DNA from: Squalus acanthias
Lineage: Eukaryota
Direction of reading: 5' to 3'
Length of the DNA stretch: 64,000 nt
Assembly (NCBI GenBank): GCA_030390025.1
Contig: CM059432.1
Coordinates: 27,778,001-27,842,000 of the forward strand
The translations under genes were made by a program, and so were the position numbers. Below the pieces are notes generated by a model. That model was not told where the DNA came from. It did not search any database and saw nothing but the letters and a program-made list of their open reading frames with translations. Each line of letters begins with the position of its first letter. The first letter of the stretch is position 1. Positions 28,521 through 40,029 of the stretch are shown piece by piece.

Positions 28521-29562
28521 CCCCAATAGCCAGCGAACAGTGAAACTGACACAAAAGTTATGGCCCTGAAAGTGTCAAATTTCTCCATTACGATAAAAAT
28601 TACAATTTTTAAGAAACCTAAAAAAAATTGGAATTTAATAAAATTAGTGTTTGTGATTTGTATTGCTAATTTGAATTAAACCACTCTGCCTTTTCAGAGA
28701 TGTATTGCAAGTTGACCGCCCAAAATCTGTTCATGTTGGTGATTTAAAAACTGTGTAGCTCTTGAGACTCCAAACTAAAATGGGAAATGTTAACTGTTTG
28801 GCGCACGAAGGATTAATTTCTGCATCAGGTTGCATTATCAGAAGACACTGTTCTAAATGAAATAGTTGACTAATTTATTTTACTGTTATACTTACCACTT
28901 TAATAAAAATAGAAAGTTAATCCATTATTGGGTTCTCTGGTCATTTTGTGCTTGTTTTCACTGTAGGGGTTAATGTGCATGGTGTGCAACCTGCTCAAAC
29001 TACCGCTTTGTGAATTGAGTAAACCCATCAGTGCAATGCAATTGCTGGCTTGACTTTGTTCCCAATTCCCCACCATTTATATATTAAAAAAATAATTAAT
29101 TACTGGTCCTGTTTTACAACCAGCACTGGCACCATTGGTGTCGTTGTCATCCTTTTTAACATTTTACCCAAAGCCAGTCCCTTTGTTACAATGGCTTTTC
29201 TCTTCCATTGAAGTAGATTTTAAACATCATTGTTTCTCGTCGTTCATTGTGTACTTCAAAATTGTTGAACGAATCATTTCAAATTATTTTTCGATCATCT
29301 GTATTAAACATTTTTTCAATTTAGAAATGTGCATCTTGTCCTATCCTTCAGACAACCAGAATAAATGTGTCTTGAAATTCCTCGTGTTCCAATTCACTTC
29401 TGTTAAATAATTGAACAAAAAGTATGGGGCAGCCTTGATGGACCAGCTGATCTCTTCCTGCTACTCCTTTTCGAATGTTCATAGTGGGAAAATGCAGTAA
29501 GCTATATATGCCAGAAGTCCTGCATTATGCCCAAGCTGTTGATGTGCCTGTGTGGTCCCTTT

Positions 29563-30180
29563 AAGAAATAGGAGCAGGAGTAGGCCATTTGGCCCTTCGA
29601 GCCTGCTCCGCCATTCAATAAGATCATGGTTGATCTTCTACCTCATCTCCACTTTCCTGAACTATCGCCATATCGCTTGATTCCCTTAATATTCAAAAAT
29701 CTATCGATCTCTGTCTTGAATATACTCGACGACTGAGCCTCCACAGCCCTCTGGGGTAGAGAATTCCAAAGATTCACCAGCCTCTGAGTGAAGCAATTTC
29801 TCCTCATCTCAGTCCTAAATGGCCGACCCCGGTTCTAGACTCCACAGCCAGGGGAAACATCCTCCCTGCATCTACCCTGTCGAGCCCTGTAAGAATTTTG
29901 TATGTTTCAATGAGATCACCTCTCATTCTTCTAAACTAGAGAATATAGGCCTAGTCTACTCCATCTGTCCTCATCGGACAATCCCCCTCATCCCAGGAAC
30001 CAGTCTGGTAAACCTTTGTTGCACTCCCTCTATGGCAAGTATATCCTTCCATAGGTAAGGAGACCAAAACTGTACACAATACTCCAGGTGGGGTCTCACC
30101 AGGGCCCTAATATAATTGCAGTAAGACGTCTTTACTCTTGTACTCAAATCCTCTTGTAATAAAGGTAAACATACCATTTG
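29563..30180 (-). mobile_element. CR1 3' fragment
   Basis: [19 protein letters not shown] and the CR1 3' end. Confidence 0.88.
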
Positions 30181-31366
30181 TTTTTGTGGGGAAAATGTGT
30201 GTGGACGCCCTGGTGAGGATAGAATTGGGCTTGGCTATGATGTCCTCTGCAATCAAATAGCCAATTGGCACTTGGTCTAGGCTCAGTTTGGGTGAGGTGC
30301 TGATGCTCATTAGCACGATATCCCAGTATTTTTCGATCCTCCTATTGATGTGTTTGGGGGGGCTAGTGGTGGTAAGGGGAAGAAAGTTAGGTGGAGGCAG
30401 AGATAAAAGGAAAAATAAAACACTACGTAGTGCCTTTCACATCTCAAACTGCTTCACAGCCAATTAATTGTTTTTGAAGTGTACTCACGGTTGTGTAAAT
30501 AAACACATCATTCAAGGTCCCATGAGTGAGGATGAGATAAAGACCAGTTAATCTATTTTGGAGGTGGTGGTTTGAATGTTAACTGTTGGACAGAACACTT
30601 GGAGAATTCTCCTGTTTGCAGTGTCATGGGATCTTTTACACCCACAGAAAGGGCCTTGGTTTAACATTTCTGCCCAAAGATTATACCTCAACAATACAGC
30701 ACTCCTGCACTAAGTGTCAGCCTAGATTACATGTTCAAAACCCTGAAATAGGGCTTGTACATACAACCTTCTGTTTACCACTGGGCCATTTGAGGTACAT
30801 TTTGTTGAAATCAATGATGTGCCCGAGAGTAGGCGGTGGGTTTATAACTCTAATTTTTCCATGATCGTTCCTGATTTCAGCCATACACCTAGATAGCTGA
30901 GTGAAAGCCGCATGTGCCCACAGGGCAGGGAGGGCAATTCATAAGATGAACCAGGTGGAGCCATGCATGCCACGGTGCAGTTACAATGGCTCTGACATAG
31001 CTTTGCAACTGGTCTCCTTGATAACAGCTGGGCATGGATTTTGGGCCTGAGAGTAATGCCTTTTATGAAGAAAGTGAACCTTGGAAATCGTTACAATGTG
31101 TATAGACATTTTTGAAACTAAAGTGACTACTTCCAGCAAAATAATTGTAGGATAGAGCAACAATGAACAGCAATGTTTCCCAAAAATTGGCATTCACTCC
31201 CAACTTATCAAAATGAGCAAATTAAATAAATGACTCCTTAATGTGGCAAATCCAACTCTAGCTGTTCATTCAGAAAATAATGAAGCCATTAAACAATGGG
31301 CTACACTATGCCCACAATTTAGATGTGAGATTTTGACTTAACCATTCTCTCCTTTATTTGAAATAG

Positions 31367-31402
31367 ATGTCTGACTGTGGAGGACAGCCACAAGTTGTTC
31401 AG
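31367..31402 (+). CDS. NDRG1: NDRG1 coding exon (MSDCGGQPQVVQ)
   Basis: aatag acceptor, gtatg donor, 36 bp; MxDCGGxPQ motif. Confidence 0.94.
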
Positions 31403-31728
31403 GTATGTTTGAAACTTGCTGTGTAAAATGGACTGTTTAACATAACTGGTGTTACAATTTTGTTTTCTTTAAAGGAGGGCTCCATCCAAATATAAGGACT
31501 GGCTTTGTTTTGCATCTGTGGATTTTTTGGGGGGAAAGTGGGGTGGGTAGATGAGAATAGAGCGGAGTTCGATCATGCACTCTGGCACACAGCCACCTGC
31601 CAAATGACAGGGACAGCATTATGGAAGTATTCTGTCATGAGCAAGATAGATCATTTTTGTAGGATAGAATTTAAAACGGGTTAAACTTTTCAGAGGTTTC
31701 ACTCTTGTTTTGTTTTTTTCTCTTGCAG

Positions 31729-31780
31729 CCAGCAAAGCTTACAGAGGCTTTTAAATACTTTGTGCAAGGAATGGGCTACA
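31729..31780 (+). CDS. NDRG1: NDRG1 coding exon (PAKLTEAFKYFVQGMGY)
   Basis: tgcag acceptor, gtaag donor, 52 bp. Confidence 0.97.
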
Positions 31781-31810
31781 GTAAGTAGAAACCATTTTCC
31801 TTAAATGTGA

Positions 31811-32024
31811 TAGCAAAATACTGCGGATGCTGGAAATCTGAAATAACAACAGAAAACGCTGGAAAAACTCAGCAGGCCAGGCAGCATCCGTGGAGAGAGA
31901 AAGAGAGTTAACGTTTCAGGTCGATGACCTTTCGTCAGACGAAAGGTCATCGACCTGAAACGTTAACTCTCTTTCTCTCTCCACGGATGCTGCCTGGCCT
32001 GCTGAGTTTTTCCAGCGTTTTCTG
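31811..32024. mobile_element. Palindromic Penelope-derived mini-insertion in the last NDRG1 intron
   Basis: 16-bp TSD TTTTCCTTAAATGTGA (31795-31810, 32025-32040); perfect 89-bp inverted arms 31848-31936 and 31938-32026; same sequence as the pLTR at 42754 and 44895. Confidence 0.9.
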
Positions 32025-32121
32025 TTTTCCTTAAATGTGAGTTCAGTACAATAGTAGCACACTATCATTGTACCTGGTTAACCATGTGTTCTCTCTTTTT
32101 GCCCTGTTCTTTAATCTGAAG

Positions 32122-32336
32122 TGCCTGCAGCCAGCATGACTCGTCTGATGAGATCTCGTTCAGCATCCGGATCCAGCGTCGTGTCCCTAGACGGCAACAG
32201 GAGCCGATCTCACACCGGGGAAGCTGCGAAGTTTTATAGTCACCCAGCTATGGGGTTGAACCCGAATACTAACTCGAATGCCAATGTGGGAGGTGTTGAA
32301 CGCTCTGGCCCTCAATCAGCAGAAATTTCATGTTGA
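32122..32336 (+). CDS. NDRG1: NDRG1 terminal coding exon (MPAASMTRLMRSRSASGSS...RSRSHTGE...QSAEISC*)
   Basis: aag acceptor at 32119-32121; SMTRLMRSR and RSRSHT motifs, C-terminal EISC, TGA stop. The 13 exons total 1065 nt (354 aa + stop). Paralogue assignment rests on MTRLMRSR/RSRSHT and convergent synteny with CCN4. Confidence 0.95.
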
Positions 32337-34500
32337 GAACCTTTCTTCCCCTCCACCCCAAGAAAAAGTCATACCAAGTGTAATGTTACCCTTAATGCAT
32401 TGTGTGGGCATGTCCTAAAAATAAAAGTTTTTTTGGGGAAAAAAAAGGACTTAAAAGATTAAAAATGAATATGGTGCACAGACTAGAATCTACTTTGTGC
32501 ACGCTCTCTTGTTTGGGACTCTTCTAATTAGTGCCATAATTGAATGCAAAGGTCCACACACAATTTGATGGAAAAACAAAACAAATGCAGTTTTTTTTTC
32601 TTGCACCTTTTTTGGGAGCAGTGTATTATGGGTAACACCGTTCTCCAAGCATTACTTGCCCATTAGTCACACGAGTCACGTGAAGCTAGAGTTGAATGTT
32701 GAGATGTATATAGTTTAATTCATTTTCTTAATGAAAAATATTAAATCTCTTGTTAGTTTGTGTAACTTTTTGTCAAACTTCAATTGGCTGTTGACTTTTT
32801 TTCCCTTGACATGCTGTTGCTTTTAAGCCAGAAGCATATATATTGCTTTTTAAAAAGAAAAATATTCCTGTTAAGCATGTATGTAGATTGATATTGCTTC
32901 CTGGTATAACCTTGCCTTTTTCTAATCTGCTTGGATTTATGACTAGGCAAGTAAGATTTTTGATCTTTTCAAAAAGTTGGGCTAAAATGCTTAGAAGTTT
33001 GTTTCATAGTTCCTGGTTGTGTAATCTGATTATTCCAAAATATGCATTTTATATTGTTGTACTACAGAAATTTGGATTTTTGGATTTTTTTTGAGTTTCC
33101 TTTGAATGACAAATGATGATCCCTAGCAGCTGTTGTGCATTTCAGGTGGAACTCTTTCAGAAGAGTTCTGATAGTTATACCCAAAACATGAACGCTGATA
33201 TCATTCCCTTTCAGCTGCTGACTGACGTGGTGTAAATTTCCAGTATTCATGCTTTTTCTTTAACAAGAGCTCTTTCAGGGCATCATCCACTCTGCACTGT
33301 CCTGAAATATGTGGACAGGCAGGAATTCCAGGGTGAACTTTATAACTTGAAAATATATTGTCACCTTATCCACAGCTAATGAGGTGTCACTATGTGGCCT
33401 CACACTGCTGTTTCTTAGCCCAAAAAAGTATCTTCCTTTCTTTCCCTCCCCCTACAGTCCTGATCTCCAAAGCATTTCTGAAGGTACAAATTACATCAAA
33501 TTTTATCACACAGAAACAGGCCATCTATACTTGTGCTTCACACTAGCCTCCTCCCACCTTACTTCATCTCACCTCTATCAACAGTGTTGAATTTGGAAAT
33601 TGCAAATGAGGGTAGAAGAAAGCTATAGGGCTTTGAGATTACCATTTAAACACAGGTTCTGCAATAAACCTAGACCCATATCTTCCTGTCCCCAAGAGAT
33701 GAAGGTTTGTGTCACTTTAGCTTGATTTTACAATTTTTAAATACTGTCTGTAGACTAGGCTTTAATAACAGAATGCTGTCCCAGTGTGATCTCTTATTGT
33801 GGTGCCCTGAAGAACACACACTAGAGCCCAATTAAACATTTGCATCAAGAAAGCTTGTTAGTGCAGCAGAAATGGACACAATCAGCACCAGAGAGGACTT
33901 CTTGCCTTACAAGGTTGCCTCTAACGGTAAACTTGGCCGGAGGTAACGCTGCTTGGGAATGACCTAGTGCCAGAAGTACTGAATCCCTTGTTGAAAGATT
34001 ATGCTGCGTGGCATTGATTTTAAAGTATGGTGACAACAAAGGTAAATTGCTGGTAGGATGTGTTGGGTTTGCCATTTCAATTTTGGCTACAAGGGGGCTC
34101 GGGCCCCTTTCCATGCCGTATATAGGCTGTAATAAATTGGGTATCAAATGCAGTGATTTTATAGGGGGATGGTAAGGATGACATTCTTTAATTGTATTTG
34201 CTTAAAATAAAGTTGAGCGGGCAGGGGGGAATGCTGTTAACAGCCTTGCACTGTTTTGGGACATGCTGATGTTCAGGGGCCAGGCTTTTGCTACTTATGT
34301 TAAATAAAAAATTGTTTCTTAATAGATTCTCAATCAACTGCAGATCCAATTTATATCAACATATCTTTGCATTAAAGACAGTATTGGCTATGATCCTTTT
34401 TTTGATCCTGTATGGGACAATACTGAACAAACAGATTGAAATCCATTTTGAAAAGTTTAATTGACATGCACATTTATATTTATTTTGAAAATAAATTTTT
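32337..34500 (+). other. NDRG1: Probable NDRG1 3' UTR with candidate poly(A) signals
   Basis: Repeat-poor, AU-rich stretch after the stop; AATAAA at 32420, 33663, 34131, 34206, 34303 and 34490. The true end cannot be determined from sequence. Confidence 0.55.
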
Positions 34501-34819
34501 GAAACTTTGCAAAATTTGTTTAACTTCTTTATGATTAGGTTGTTGAATTCTAAATTGGATTTAAGTATTATATAAACACTGACACTTCCATGCACATTGG
34601 ATCCTGGAAGGTAAGTCTCAGCAGACCAGGCGGAGATGGGACCATGACCACTCAATTAACTAGGCACAAACTGTCGATTGAGCCTGGTAGATATGGCTTA
34701 GCTAGTTGTTAACCAAACCTGCTGAATCAGGTGCCAGGAAGAGCATGTTTCCATATCTTGTGAAGTGGGATAATGTTTGAATAATACGTTTTTAAAGCCC
34801 CACCACAAATCATAAATAT

Positions 34820-35240
34820 GCCCATTTGGCTCCTGGCTAAGCAACGCCTCGCTTTCAAAATCCTCATCCTTGTTTTCAAATCCCTCCATGGCCTCGACCC
34901 TCTCTATCTCTAATCTCCTCCAGCCCCAAAACCCATGGAGCTATCTGTGCTCTTCTAGTTTTGCCCTCTTGAGCATACCTGATTATAATCGCTCAACCAG
35001 TGGTGGCCGTGCCTTCTGTTGCCTAGGCCCTAAGCTCTGGAATTCCCTGCCTAAACATCTATACCTCTCTTTCCTCCTTTTAAGTCGCTCCTTTAAAACC
35101 TACCTCTTCGACCAAGCTTTTGGTCAGCTGCCCTAATTTCTCATTATGTGGCTTGGTGTCACATTTTCTTGTCTTATAATACTCCTGTGAAGCATCTTGG
35201 GACATTTTACTACGTTAAAGGCGCTATATAAATACTTGTT
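34820..35240 (+). mobile_element. L2 3' fragment
   Basis: Reverse complement of 19200-19620, with the same tail. Confidence 0.85.
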
Positions 35241-35904
35241 GATTGAACCCAAGAGGTCTTGAGAGCACTCTTTCTTTGAATAAGATTGAGATTATAGCAG
35301 AGACAGCACAGATACTGCAACAGGAGTTCACAGCTGCAATGCAAAGTGGTTGCGAGAGGAACTACAAGACTGAATAGACCAGGATATGCAACAAAACCTA
35401 CAATAGAGTGATGTTTTTTAAGAATGTTACCACTTTGTGACTATAGCACATTATTGGGGTGATGAGCAAATGATTCTGACCACACCAAAAGGAAAATATG
35501 GGTTGATGAAGGGGAAGTCTTGCCAATCTAACTTGGTGGCTTCCTTATAAGGTGTGACAAAGGACCTTGATCGAGATAAGGCAGTGCAGTACTTGGATTT
35601 CAGTAAGGACTTTGATGCAGTTCCTCTGGAAAGGCTGGTACTGAAAATAAAGCATGTATCAGTGGAAATATTTTACAACATACATAATTGGTTGACATAG
35701 AATCTAGAGGGTAGTGGTACAATCCCCACCACTTAAACATCCACGTTTAAAATGCAGTCGTTTATATCGGCCAAAAAGTGCTATTTACATTGTCAATTTC
35801 AAAGTTGCCTTTATACTGTCTTAAGCCACTGGATTGTATCTGATGTAAAGGGAGGTATTTGACAAAAGACTAGTCATTGTGACCTCAGGACATCCTGTCA
35901 AAAG

Positions 35905-36340
35905 TTCCTCTGGAAAGTATTCTCAGCCCAATCATCCTCAGCTGCTTCATCAATGACCTTCCTTTCATCATAAGGTCAGGAGTTGTGCTGTTCACTGACC
36001 ATTCCTCTGATAATGAAGCAGCCCATGATAGCCAACAGCAGGATAATATCCAGGCTTAGGCTGACCAGTAGTGGGCATAATTAGCAGATAACTGCTGAGT
36101 AGTGACCATCTCCAACAAGAGGGAAGTCCAGCCATTTCCCCGTGACCTTCAATGGCACCAACATCAGAGTTTTCCCACCATCAACATTTGAGGGATGCCC
36201 ATTAACCAGAAGCTGAATAGGGCCAGCTATATTGACACTGGCTGCAACAAGGAAGAGACTTGGGCATATTATTGCTGTTAGTTCATTGTCACTGGGTTTA
36301 TATCCTGAAATTTCCTACCTAACACCATTGTGGGAGCACC
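35905..36340 (+). mobile_element. Decayed RT fragment of the undetermined LINE family
   Basis: Similar to the reverse complement of 1-250 (CAGCTGCTTCATCAATGACCTTCC). Confidence 0.6.
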
Positions 36341-37789
36341 GTCTCTACTCTTCCACTCCCATCAAATCTGAGTACCCCACTGGATGTTAACCCTATATTC
36401 TGAGACCTGACCTCTAGTCTCCTGCTCGATGGGGTGGGCACTCCTGTCATATTGGACTCGAGTACCCCGCTGGATGTCAACCCAAAATTTAGAGTCCAGA
36501 ACTCTCAATTCCGCTTGTCGGGGTTGTCTGGAGTGGGATTCGAACCCATAACTTTACAACTCAAAAGGTGGGACTATTAACACTGACCGAAGGTTCACTT
36601 CATCGAGATTAGCATAGTTACCTGTAAATGTTGTCATAGTTATTCAGTTCTTCTATTCAAATTCAGTTGATGGTTAAACTTTGAAATGAGGTCTGATGTG
36701 ACATTGCTGCTTTCCAAAGACACGAAACATCCTATGGATGCACAAACTTTTCTGTTCTGTTTCTGGGCACAATATCAACTAGATTGTGGGGCCAGTGAAT
36801 ATACTTTCAAGATTGTAAGCAGCTAAGAATACTCCTACGAAAGTAATCTAAAATACAGAAACTGAAATTTCCAGGATAAGAATAAAAGACAATTCTAAAT
36901 ATGGTAAAAGTAGGAGAGTACCTCGATCTGTGGTCATATCATTAGAACTGACACATTTATGAGATTCTACAAAAAGGAAAGGAGACTGACACAAAATTAT
37001 TGGATTCTGAATAGCAGATTTTGAGGGACTTAAAAAATGATTAAAAGAAGGAAAATCACTACTGAAAGGGTGGTATAGCAGTTTCAATAGTAACTTTCAA
37101 AAGAGCAATAGATACATACTTGAAAAGGAATTATTTGCAGGGCTTTTGGGGAAAGCGGGGAGTGTGACTAATTGGATAGCTCTTTCACAGAGCCGGCACA
37201 GTCATAATGGGCCGAATGGCCTTCTGTGCTCTGATTCTATGGTTGGAAGATTTACAATAGAAAGGTGGGGAAATGTTGATGTGGCTGCCAATAAAATTAA
37301 TTCAAAGCTAATCAGAAGCAGTTAAAAGGCAAAAGTGTCTATTGTGGTTAATGAGGAATGAAAAGGTTAATATAAGCAGTGAGTTTTTAAAACATTTAAT
37401 GGACCTAGCCAGTAGGAGGATTGGATAACGATAAAGATGAGCAAAAGCTGTGAAAAGTCAAGATACTGACTGCAAGATTATTGCAATGTCAAGTAACAAT
37501 AAGGATTTTCAAATCTACTAATCAATTTATTGTGCTTTTAATGTGAATAAAAATAACTCCTGCAATTCTTGCTCACTGTCTCATTCACAGAGTAATTTTG
37601 ACTTTGTGCAATAGTGTATGAAATACAAGAGATAGCGAATCAGCAGCCCATTTTACATCTCCTGATTTTTATTTCCATTGAGATCACTGGTCAGTGTCAA
37701 CCCCCTCCTTGTTTCAATGGCACCAATCTGCCCTCTCTGAAGATGTCAAAAATGATGCTGGATCTTTGATAATTAACCCTTACAAATCC

Positions 37790-38145
37790 TAAACCTGTGT
37801 CTTTCTCCAGTTTCTCTCCTATCTCCCCTCATGCCCTATCTGAGCGCATCTTGTCCATGAGACTTGTGCTCCATTGGCTCCTAACCCCCATGCTAGCTCA
37901 CGTTGTAAATGGTTCCCTCACCTCTGGTACTGTCTGTCTCACTTTCAAAAACATCATCACCACCTCCTCAAAAAACCCAACCTCGACTCCTTGCAAACTA
38001 CCACCCCATCTCCAACCACCCCTTCCTCTCAAGTTCTTGAACTTGTTGCTTCTCAAATCAGTGCCTATCTTTCCTGTAATTCCACCAGTTTTCTGTCCCT
38101 GCACTGAAACAGCCCTAATCAAAGTGACAAATGACATGTGACTGT
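37790..38145 (+). mobile_element. L2 internal fragment
   Basis: Similar to the reverse complement of 20420-20650 (LLKKPNLD, TETALIKVTND). Confidence 0.7.
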
Positions 38146-38279
38146 AGACGTGGTGCATTATGACGCGCAGACCTAGGTTTCCCAACTTTAATGCAAACAG
38201 CAATCCATTAAATCAAATGGGTTACTTGTGGCTTTGCAAGTGGAAAACTTGCAAAATGTTTTCAAATGCAGCATTAAAA

Positions 38280-38710
38280 GAAAGATTGCATTTATATAGC
38301 ACCTTTCACGACCTCAGGACATCCCAAAGTGCTTTACAGCCAATCTAGTACTGTTGAAGTGTAGCTACTGTTGTAATGTAGGAAATGCGGCAGCTTATTT
38401 AAGCACAGCAAGGTCCCACAAACAGTAACGACACAATGACCAGATAATCTGTTTTAGTGATGTTGGTTGAGGGATAATAGTGGCCAGGACACTGGGGAGA
38501 AGTCCTCTGCTCATTATTGAATAGTACCATGGAATCTTTTATGTCCAGTCTGAGCGGGCAACCAGGACCTTGATTTAACATTTCTTCTAAAAGATGGCCT
38601 TTCCAACAGTGCAGCATTTCCTCAGTACTGCAAGTCATTGGAGTGACTCTTGAACCCACAACCTGCCGACTCGGAGGCAAGAGTGCTACCACTGAGCCAC
38701 AGCTGACACC
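38280..38710 (-). mobile_element. tRNA-derived SINE with L2-like tail (Deu-domain/SacSINE1-like)
   Basis: Minus-strand head TGTCAGCTGTGGCTCAGTGGTAGCAC..GGTTCAAG (A/B boxes); tail GCTATATAAATGCAA. Related copies at ~6275-6535, 22110-22425, 27930-28095, 30420-30790 and 56840-57440. Confidence 0.7.
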
Positions 38711-40029
38711 TACTATGACTTGGAACAGGGTATGAAATTGCCAAATTTCCAGATAGCAAAATAGGAGACAGAGCAAATAATGAGGAAGAATGCAACCATA
38801 TTCAGAATATTTGCATCTGCTGGATTATTGGGACAGTAGGTGTAAGTAAGTGTAAAATAATTAGTATGGGAGCAAGGAACCTAAAAAGGAAGCTTGTTTA
38901 AATAGAACAATGCTGATCAAGAAAGAGATCTAGGCTTATTAAAAATTCATTCTTCTGATGTGGGTGTCGCTGGCAAGGCTGGCATTTATTGCCCATCTCT
39001 AGTTGCCCTGAGAACGTGGTGGTGGGCCTTGTACTTGAACCACTGCAGTCTGTGTGGTAAAGCTGCTCCCACGTTGCCGCTACATAGGGAGTTCCTAATT
39101 TTGACCCAGTGACGATGAAGGAACAACGATGTATGTCTAAGTTGGGATGGTATGCGACTTGCAGGGGAAGTTAGAGGTGACAGGCCAGTCAGCTTAACCT
39201 CGGTAGTGGGGAAGCTTTGAGAAATGATAATGACAAAATTAACAGTCACTTGGACAAATGTGGATTAATTAAGGGAAGTCAGCACAGATTTGTTAAAGGC
39301 AAATCGTGTTTAACCAACTTGATTGAATTTTTTGATGAGGTATCAGAGAGGGTTGATAAGAGCAATGCAGTTGATGTGGTATACATGGACTTCCAAAAGG
39401 CATTTGATAAAGTGCCACATAATAGGCTTGCCAGCAAAGTTGAAGCCCATGTAATAAAAGGGACAGTGGCAGCATGGATACAAAATTGGCTAAGTGACAG
39501 AAAACAGAGAGTAGTGCTGAACAGTTGTTTTTCAGACTGAAGCAAGATATACAGTGGTGTTCCCCAGGGATTGGTACTAGGACCACTGCTTTTCTTGATA
39601 TATATTAATGATTTGGACTTAGGTGTAAAGGGCACTATTTCAAAATTTGCAGATGACAAAACTTGGAAGTATAGTGAACAGTGATGTAGGGGGTGGCGTG
39701 TGTGTAGTCAGCTCGCCTCTGACTGGGTTCTTGAGCGGTTCGAATCGCTCCCACACCCCTGGGATCTAGACACCGGACTTAGGTACAGGCGGCGATACAG
39801 AATTGGAGTAGACGACTGGTTTGGTACAAGAAAATCGTATTTATTTTATGAACGATACAACACTGAAAAATTACTGGAATAGTTACAGGCTTCCTAAAAT
39901 ACACATAAATTGGAATGGGGAACACATGGCACATCGAGGGAGAAAAATCACAGTCTTAATCCCCTTACCCATATCTAACTAAGTGTGCTGTGAGGGGCCA
40001 GGGATCATGCTCACCAATAAGGGTCTCTG

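Noticed and set aside
28095..28588. Several 100-150 aa ORFs and a CRISPR-like periodicity
   Set aside because: They arise from a stop-free 35-bp tandem repeat with no unique spacers; the context is eukaryotic.
36370..36485. 24-bp direct repeat GAGTACCCCRCTGGATGTYAACCC spaced ~90 bp apart
   Set aside because: Only two copies, inside decayed repeat DNA; no further structure.
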